From positions 47,149 to 111,148 of the forward strand of contig JBAZNR010000002.1 of assembly GCA_041649175.1 (NCBI GenBank): a DNA stretch of 64,000 nucleotides, in the 5' to 3' direction. The notes under the pieces were generated by a model. That model ran no database searches and was not told the DNA's origin. It was given only the letters and a program-made list of their open reading frames with translations. The stretch comes from Candidatus Omnitrophota bacterium (GTDB lineage: Bacteria; Omnitrophota; Gorgyraeia; Zapsychrales; JBAZNR01). The position numbers and the translations under genes were made by a program. Each line of letters begins with the position of its first letter. Positions within the stretch are counted from its first letter, which is position 1. Positions 58,103 through 64,000 of the stretch are shown here, one piece after another.

Positions 58103-61042
58103 ATGGCTGACAATCAAGAACGTTATTACAACATCAACAAGCTCAACAAGATCTTCGCGTTTGTAAGTATTCTGCTTCTCGCGGCGCTTGTTTTTCTTTT
58201 TGTTGATGATTACAAGAGGGAATGGAAAGATCATCAAAAGAAGTTCCGCGAACTCGAAATTGAAAAAACCCGTCAGCGTTACGCGGATGAATCTGCGAAA
58301 TTAGGCGATAATGCGCAATATCAGTCGCTTCTTAAGGATCTTGACGCCGCGAAAACCCAGCACAAAGAAAAATCCGGCGAAATTGCATCAGAACAAAGCA
58401 AGTTTTCCCAGTTAACCACGAAATACGATATTGAGAAGCAAAAGTATCAATTCAAAAAAGCTGAGTTTGACGCGGCTAAATATGCTTTTGAAAATGCCAG
58501 TTCTCATAATTCATCGGACGTAACTCATCTTAAAACACAATTAGAAAAAGTTGAGCAGGAAACAAATGTTCTGTTTAAGCTAACGGAAGAGCTTAATGCG
58601 GGCGTTGTTGCTCAACAAGGCGTTATGGATCAGCAAACTCGTCAGCTGCGCGATATGGAAAAGAAAAGAGATTCTTTAGCGCGCCAAGCCAATATTTTAG
58701 CGAGAAAACTTAACCTCATTGATCCGCAAAAAATGTCTTTTGCGAATAAAATTGCTAATTTCATCCGCGATCTTCCGGTGCTTGATTTTATGAATCCGAA
58801 TTACCGAATTCAACAAGTTGTCTTAAAGGACATTACAGAGGATGTTAATTTCGCCCATATTCCTAAAGTCGATCGCTGCATGACATGTCATTTAGGCATT
58901 GCTAATCCTGATTTTAAAGATGCGCCGCAACCTTTCACAACACATCCTAATTTAGAGCTTTATTTAACCAGCAAATCTCCGCATCCGTTTGAGGAATTTG
59001 GTTGTACGGTTTGTCATCAGGGGCGCGGGCGGGGAACTGATTTTTATTCAGCTGTCCACACTCCTTCCTCTTTGGAGCAGCAAAAAGAATGGGAGCAAAA
59101 AAAAGGATGGAAAAAATATGAACTTTGGGAAGCGCCGATGTATTCCAAGGAGCATATTCAAGCCGGATGTTATAAATGTCATTCTGACCAAACGGTGATC
59201 AAAGGTGCCGAGCGGCTTAATATCGGGTTAAATCTGATCGAAAAATCCGGCTGTTACGGCTGTCATTATATCGAGCGCTACACAGATTGGGTTAAAGTTG
59301 GCCCGGATTTAACGTTTATCAGTTCCAAGTTAACGCCGCAATGGGCGTATCGCTGGATCGAAGACCCAAAATCATTCCGGCACAATACCTGGATGCCCGC
59401 ATTTTTTGATCAATCTAATACGAACGATCCCGAATCTAAAAAACGCGGACAGCAGGAAATTCATTCAATTGTTCACTATCTTTTCGCGAAAAGTTCTGAG
59501 TTCTCTCTGAGTGATGTTGCGGTGAGCGCGGACGCCAAAAAAGGAGAAGAGCTTGTTTCTTCTTTGGGCTGTTTCGGTTGTCATCAAATTGAGCCAAAAC
59601 CTGTTTCGAAAACAATGACATTGCAATCGTTGCGCCGTGAACACGGGCCAAACCTTATCGGCATGGGGTCGAAATCTTCAAAAAAATGGCTTTTCGATTG
59701 GCTCAAAAATCCCAAGCGCTATCATCCGCAGACCAGAATGCCCAATTTGCGGCTTTCGGATGAAGAGGCCGCGAATATCACGGAGTATCTTTCGGCAGAT
59801 AAAAATAATGACTTTATGAATGTCAAAGTGCCGGAAATTGATCCCGTTATTTTGAATGAAATTGTTAAAGACTTTTTAAAGAAAGAAAATACTTCTGCGC
59901 AGATGGAAGAAAAATTAACAAAGATGAACAGTGAAGAAAAGCTTCAATTCGCCGGAGAAAAACTTATCCGTCATTACGGGTGTTTTGGCTGTCACACAAT
60001 TCCTGGATTTGAAAATGAAAAACCTATCGGAACCGACTTAACAGAAGAAGGCAGTAAATCTGCGCATCGTTTGGATTTTGGTTTTGTCCATATGGAACAT
60101 TCGCCGCAAGCGTGGTTTGAGCAAAAATTAAAAGACCCGAGGATCTTTGATCAAAATCGCATTAAAACTCCTGATGAAAAATTAAAAATGCCGAATTTCT
60201 GTTTTACGGAAGATCAGGCTAAAGCGATCACGACAGCGCTTTTAGGTTTTGTCAAAGATAAGCCGGAAGAATCAAAATTGCCAAAGAAGACAATGCGTCG
60301 CCAAATGGTCAATAGCGGTCAAAGGCTTGTTCGTGAATTCAATTGTCAGGGTTGCCATGTGATCGAAGGCGACGGCAGCGCCATCGGACCAAGCATTCAT
60401 GATTGGCTGGTCAAATATCAGAATAAGTCTGACGCAGAAGCCGAGGCCTTGATCAAAAGTTTTGGCCCTCCGGATCTCATTGGGGAAGGTAAGAAAGTTC
60501 ATGCCGAGTGGCTTTTTAATTTTATCCATAGCCCTGAAGTTATTCGCCCTTGGCTTACCGTGAGAATGCCAAGCTTTGGTTTATCTGCAAAAGAAAATAA
60601 TGATTTTGTAAAATACTTTAATGCTTTGGATGATCAAGATTTTCCGTTTACCCAGCGATCGGTTGGCGAAATTACCGAAGACGAACGAAAAGCGGCGGAG
60701 ATACTTTTTTCAAAGAATTATTTTGACTGCACCAGCTGCCATATCGTCGGCGATAAAATGCCCAGCGGCACGCCGGATAAATGGGCGCCGGACTTTGCTT
60801 TAGCTAAAACCAGACTAAAGCCCGAATGGATCGCGCAATGGATCAAAGATCCGCAAAGCTTGCTTCCGGGGACAAAAATGCCGACATATTTTGATCCTAA
60901 ATATTTTGACCAAAGCGGGCCGGATGATGTTTTAGGCGGCGATGAAAACAAGCAAATTCATGTTTTGCGGGATTATATTTTGACTTTGACCGGGCAGCCG
61001 TCGAGTGAGAGCAAGGCTGATCAGCCTTCCGTTCAGCAATAG
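58103..61042 (+). CDS. octaheme c-type cytochrome (979 aa) with an N-terminal TM anchor and roughly 200-aa coiled-coil region
   Basis: Eight CxxCH motifs: CMTCH, CTVCH, CYKCH, CYGCH, CFGCH, CFGCH, CQGCH, CTSCH. The N-terminal charged helical segment (residues about 40-230) is heptad-like. Immediately downstream of the bc-complex genes. Confidence 0.85.
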   Translation: MADNQERYYNINKLNKIFAFVSILLLAALVFLFVDDYKREWKDHQKKFRELEIEKTRQRYADESAKLGDNAQYQSLLKDLDAAKTQHKEKSGEIASEQSKFSQLTTKYDIEKQKYQFKKAEFDAAKYAFENASSHNSSDVTHLKTQLEKVEQETNVLFKLTEELNAGVVAQQGVMDQQTRQLRDMEKKRDSLARQANILARKLNLIDPQKMSFANKIANFIRDLPVLDFMNPNYRIQQVVLKDITEDVNFAHIPKVDRCMTCHLGIANPDFKDAPQPFTTHPNLELYLTSKSPHPFEEFGCTVCHQGRGRGTDFYSAVHTPSSLEQQKEWEQKKGWKKYELWEAPMYSKEHIQAGCYKCHSDQTVIKGAERLNIGLNLIEKSGCYGCHYIERYTDWVKVGPDLTFISSKLTPQWAYRWIEDPKSFRHNTWMPAFFDQSNTNDPESKKRGQQEIHSIVHYLFAKSSEFSLSDVAVSADAKKGEELVSSLGCFGCHQIEPKPVSKTMTLQSLRREHGPNLIGMGSKSSKKWLFDWLKNPKRYHPQTRMPNLRLSDEEAANITEYLSADKNNDFMNVKVPEIDPVILNEIVKDFLKKENTSAQMEEKLTKMNSEEKLQFAGEKLIRHYGCFGCHTIPGFENEKPIGTDLTEEGSKSAHRLDFGFVHMEHSPQAWFEQKLKDPRIFDQNRIKTPDEKLKMPNFCFTEDQAKAITTALLGFVKDKPEESKLPKKTMRRQMVNSGQRLVREFNCQGCHVIEGDGSAIGPSIHDWLVKYQNKSDAEAEALIKSFGPPDLIGEGKKVHAEWLFNFIHSPEVIRPWLTVRMPSFGLSAKENNDFVKYFNALDDQDFPFTQRSVGEITEDERKAAEILFSKNYFDCTSCHIVGDKMPSGTPDKWAPDFALAKTRLKPEWIAQWIKDPQSLLPGTKMPTYFDPKYFDQSGPDDVLGGDENKQIHVLRDYILTLTGQPSSESKADQPSVQQ

Positions 61043-61191
61043 GTTCAGACGGATTTGCATAAAATCTTTTTGCAAAGCTTGACAAGGAAAAGTAGCTGTA
61101 GTAGTCTGACAGCAAATTAGCCAGGACTTTGCTTTTAAGTAGGCAAATTAAGTTAATCTAGTCGCTAGTTATTAAGGAAAGGTGGATATCA

Positions 61192-61902
61192 ATGAGAAGC
61201 AAATCACTTTTATGGTCTTTATGTTTTATGTTTGCTGCAAGCACTCTTCTTGTTGCGGCATCATGGGCAGGAACGGTTACCGGAACCGTAAAATATGAAG
61301 GGGAAGTTCCAAAATTTGCGGAACTAAAAATGGATGCCGATCCGATCTGTCTTGCGAAACATAGCGGTCCGGCGTATCCTGATACGCTTGTTTTAGGCGA
61401 TGGAAATACCATGGCTAATGTCTTCGTTTATGTAAAAAGCGGTTTAGCGAAGAAAGACTATCCGGTGCCGCAAGAACCGGTGGTTATTGATCAGCAAGGC
61501 TGCCAATATTCTCCTCATGTGTTTGGTGTTCGCGTTGGCCAGCCATTAAAGATCCTCAATCCCGACGGCACTTTGCACAATGTTCATGCTTTATCAAAAG
61601 TTAATCCCGAATTTAACATCGCAATGCCGCAATTCCGCAAAGAGATCATTCAGACATTCGACAAAGAAGAGTTCATGTTTCCTTTAAAATGCGATGTTCA
61701 CCCGTGGATGGCGGCTTGGGGCGCAGTTATGTCACATCCTTTCTTTACTGTAACAGGGAAAGACGGAAAATTTACCATTCCCGGGCTTGATGCCGGAACT
61801 TACGAAGTAGAAGCGTGGCATGAGAAATTAGGAACGCAAACGGCGACCTTGACTGTCACTGCCGACGCACAAACATTAACGGATTTTACCTTTAAAAGAT
61901 AA
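61192..61902 (+). CDS. secreted cupredoxin (type-1 blue copper, amicyanin/pseudoazurin-like)
   Basis: 236 aa. Signal peptide. Amicyanin-like LHNVHAL and ligand loop KCDVHPWM (C-x2-H-x2-M). It has a single Cys, so this is not a CuA site. Confidence 0.7.
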   Translation: MRSKSLLWSLCFMFAASTLLVAASWAGTVTGTVKYEGEVPKFAELKMDADPICLAKHSGPAYPDTLVLGDGNTMANVFVYVKSGLAKKDYPVPQEPVVIDQQGCQYSPHVFGVRVGQPLKILNPDGTLHNVHALSKVNPEFNIAMPQFRKEIIQTFDKEEFMFPLKCDVHPWMAAWGAVMSHPFFTVTGKDGKFTIPGLDAGTYEVEAWHEKLGTQTATLTVTADAQTLTDFTFKR

Positions 61903-61907
61903 TATTC

Positions 61908-63644
61908 ATGTCTGACACAAACCACAGTTCGCACAAACAAAGTTTTTGGCGAACCTATATTTTTTCAACTGATCACAAAATGATCGGCCTGCAATACGGC
62001 TTTACCAGCCTTATTTTTCTTTTCTTTGGGTTTTGTCTCGTCATGTTAATGCGTTGGCAACTGGCATTTCCAGGACAGCCGGTTCCTTTTATAGGGAAAT
62101 TTTTTGGAGAAGCCAATATGCCTGGTGGCGTTATGCTTCCGGAATTCTATAATCAGCTAGGTGCGATGCATGGAACTATTATGGTTTTCTTAGGAGTTGT
62201 CCCGCTGGCGGTGGGCGCTTTTGGAAATTATATTGTTCCTTTGCAGATCGGTGCCCCGGATATGGCATTTCCAAAGCTTAATATGGCTAGCTATTGGGCT
62301 TACTTTTTAGGCGGAGTGACAATGCTGGTCAGTTTTTTTGCTCCCGGTGGCGCGGCTAATTCGGGATGGACTTCTTATCCACCGCTTTCCAATATCGCAA
62401 CCATGGGCCAGACGATGTGGCTTTTCGGAATGGTTTTGCTGATCACTTCATCTCTTCTTGGCGCGGTTAATTTTATTGTGACGATCATTCAGTTGCGAAC
62501 CAAGGGAATGACGTTTATGCGTATGCCATTTTTTGTTTGGGCGCAGTTGGTTACGGCTTTTATTTTGCTTCTAGCATTTCCTCCTTTGGAAGCGGCAGGT
62601 GTTTTGCAGTTGATGGACAGACTTGCCGGAACGAGTTTTTTTATGCCGAGCGGACTTGTTATTAGCGGACAACCGCTCACAATCAGCGGAGGCGGAAGCC
62701 CGCTTCTTTGGCAGCATCTTTTCTGGTTTTTGGCACATCCGGAAGTTTATGTTTTGATCTTACCGGCGATGGGAATTGTTGCGGAAGTCATTGCCAATAA
62801 CACGCGTAAGCCTCTTTGGGGATTGCGCATGATGATCGCCTCTATTTTGATCTTGGGATTTTTATCCTTTATTGTTTGGGCGCATCATATGTATTTAACC
62901 GGAATGGGGACAGTGATCAGCGCGTTTTTCCAAACGACGACGATGATGATCTCTATCCCATCTGTTATTATCCTATCCTCGCTTTTTATAACGTTATGGG
63001 GAGGGTCCATACGCTTTAATGCACCGATGCTTTTCGCGCTCGCTTTTTTGCCGATGTTCGGTATTGGCGGACTAACTGGGCTTCCTTTGGGTTTGGCGAT
63101 TGCGGATATTCATCTTCATGATACCTATTATGTGATCGGGCATTTTCATTATGTGGTGGCGCCGGGGACGATCTTCGCGCTTTTTGCCGGAGTTTATTAT
63201 TGGTTTCCGAAAGTAACGGGACGAAAACTTAATGAAGCGCTGGGACGTTTGCATTTTTGGCCGTCTTTGATCGCGATGAATTTTATCTTTATGCCCATGA
63301 TGATCCAAGGCTTGGCAGGGGTTTCTCGCCGACTTTATGACGGAGGGGCATCGTATGCGCATGCGCAAGGTGTTTTGCATCTTAATGTTGTTATGTCGGT
63401 AGCGGCCTGGGCTTTGGCGATTGCCCAAATCCCATTTATTATTAATTTGTTTTGGAGTATTAAAAGCGGGGAAAGAGTAAAATCCGATAATCCATGGGAG
63501 GCGACAACTTTAGAATGGTCAACGCCGACACCGCCACCGCATGGAAATTTCTCGACTCCTGTGGAAGTTTACCGCGGGCCGTATGAATATAGCGTTCCAG
63601 GGGCACAAAAAGACTTTACGCCGCAAGATCAACCAAAGGTTTGA
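61908..63644 (+). CDS. ctaD: cytochrome c oxidase subunit I (heme-copper oxidase, A-type-like)
   Basis: 578 aa. Canonical HCO helices with His ligands (WAHHMY, HDTYYV..GHFHY). Confidence 0.95.
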   Translation: MSDTNHSSHKQSFWRTYIFSTDHKMIGLQYGFTSLIFLFFGFCLVMLMRWQLAFPGQPVPFIGKFFGEANMPGGVMLPEFYNQLGAMHGTIMVFLGVVPLAVGAFGNYIVPLQIGAPDMAFPKLNMASYWAYFLGGVTMLVSFFAPGGAANSGWTSYPPLSNIATMGQTMWLFGMVLLITSSLLGAVNFIVTIIQLRTKGMTFMRMPFFVWAQLVTAFILLLAFPPLEAAGVLQLMDRLAGTSFFMPSGLVISGQPLTISGGGSPLLWQHLFWFLAHPEVYVLILPAMGIVAEVIANNTRKPLWGLRMMIASILILGFLSFIVWAHHMYLTGMGTVISAFFQTTTMMISIPSVIILSSLFITLWGGSIRFNAPMLFALAFLPMFGIGGLTGLPLGLAIADIHLHDTYYVIGHFHYVVAPGTIFALFAGVYYWFPKVTGRKLNEALGRLHFWPSLIAMNFIFMPMMIQGLAGVSRRLYDGGASYAHAQGVLHLNVVMSVAAWALAIAQIPFIINLFWSIKSGERVKSDNPWEATTLEWSTPTPPPHGNFSTPVEVYRGPYEYSVPGAQKDFTPQDQPKV

Positions 63645-64000
63645 TGATGCCAGACACAATTCCATACACAACGCACGAACGGCCTGATACGGGACTTTAT
63701 AATGCCAAGATTGGTATTTGGCTTTTTTTAGCTTCGGAAGTGATGCTATTTGGTGCTTTGTTTTCGTCGTATGTTCTTTTGCGCGTCGGGTCGACCAACT
63801 GGCCGTTAGGGCATACGATTCTCAATGTTCCGATCGCCACTTTTAATACCATGGTTCTTATTTCCTCCAGCGTGACAATGGTGATGGCATGGGCATCATT
63901 AAAGCTGAATAATTTCAAAAAATATCGATTGTATTTAGGATTGACCGTCTTGTGCGGGCTTATTTTTCTCGTCGTCAAAGGCTTTGAATATAACGCCAAA
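63644..64000 (+). CDS. ctaE: cytochrome c oxidase subunit III, running off the right window edge
   Basis: ATG at 63644 overlaps the coxI stop (ATGA). MMPDTIPYTTHERPDTGLYNAKIGIWLFLASEVMLFGALF is typical of the CoxIII N-terminus. Not in the ORF track because it is unterminated. Confidence 0.75.
   Translation, partial: MMPDTIPYTTHERPDTGLYNAKIGIWLFLASEVMLFGALFSSYVLLRVGSTNWPLGHTILNVPIATFNTMVLISSSVTMVMAWASLKLNNFKKYRLYLGLTVLCGLIFLVVKGFEYNAK

Noticed and set aside
63072-63428. 118-aa - strand ORF inside coxI
   Set aside because: It is antisense to an unambiguous cytochrome oxidase subunit I, has an Arg/His-rich artefactual composition and no RBS.

Overview
This is a bacterial chromosomal segment of about 45-48% GC, gene-dense, with most genes on the + strand. 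I found no rRNA, tRNA or CRISPR array by eye.

Left third, 1 to about 20.6 kb. It opens with pntAA/pntAB/pntB on the minus strand, followed by an alanine:cation symporter, a siroheme-type nitrite/sulfite reductase, an AmmeMemoRadiSam-type radical SAM enzyme and xth. Next are a single-domain response regulator and a block of stress-related genes: sodC (Cu/Zn superoxide dismutase), an isochorismatase-family hydrolase, a macro-domain protein and two PEBP paralogs. The sdhCAB operon, hemN, a family-6-like DNA glycosylase and a class II Fic protein follow, the last preceded by three iteron-like direct repeats.

Middle, about 20.7-34.7 kb. A markedly lower-GC, roughly 6.1-kb five-gene operon sits here: a membrane protein, a minimal lipase-like GHSxG hydrolase, Type III R-M mod and res, and a candidate Shedu/DUF4263-like PD-(D/E)xK nuclease. 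Its left edge is a roughly 130-bp imperfect palindrome built from TTTAGGG-like heptamers. To its right lie a PPK2 gene flanked by 14-bp direct repeats, two ABC-F ATPases, PqiA, a zinc-ribbon-SDR fusion and cspA. cspA has a strong sigma70 promoter, a terminator-like hairpin in its 5' UTR and a clean rho-independent terminator downstream.

Right half. A contiguous heme and cytochrome supercluster runs hemE-hemY-(repeat lipoprotein)-ccsB-ccsA-hemA-nrfH-nrfA-hemH-TMEM14. The ferrochelatase (hemH) carries an N-terminal membrane domain, and the TMEM14 homolog lies directly downstream of it. A complete F1Fo ATP synthase operon (atpI-like, B, E, F, H, A, G, D, C) follows, then a HEAT-repeat protein. 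Next is a Rieske/cytochrome b(6)/subunit-IV-like complex with a 979-aa octaheme c-type cytochrome that has an N-terminal coiled coil. The window ends with an amicyanin-like cupredoxin and coxI-coxIII, with no CuA subunit II where one would be expected.

Every call below rests on motif and architecture recognition from the translated ORFs. No database search was possible.
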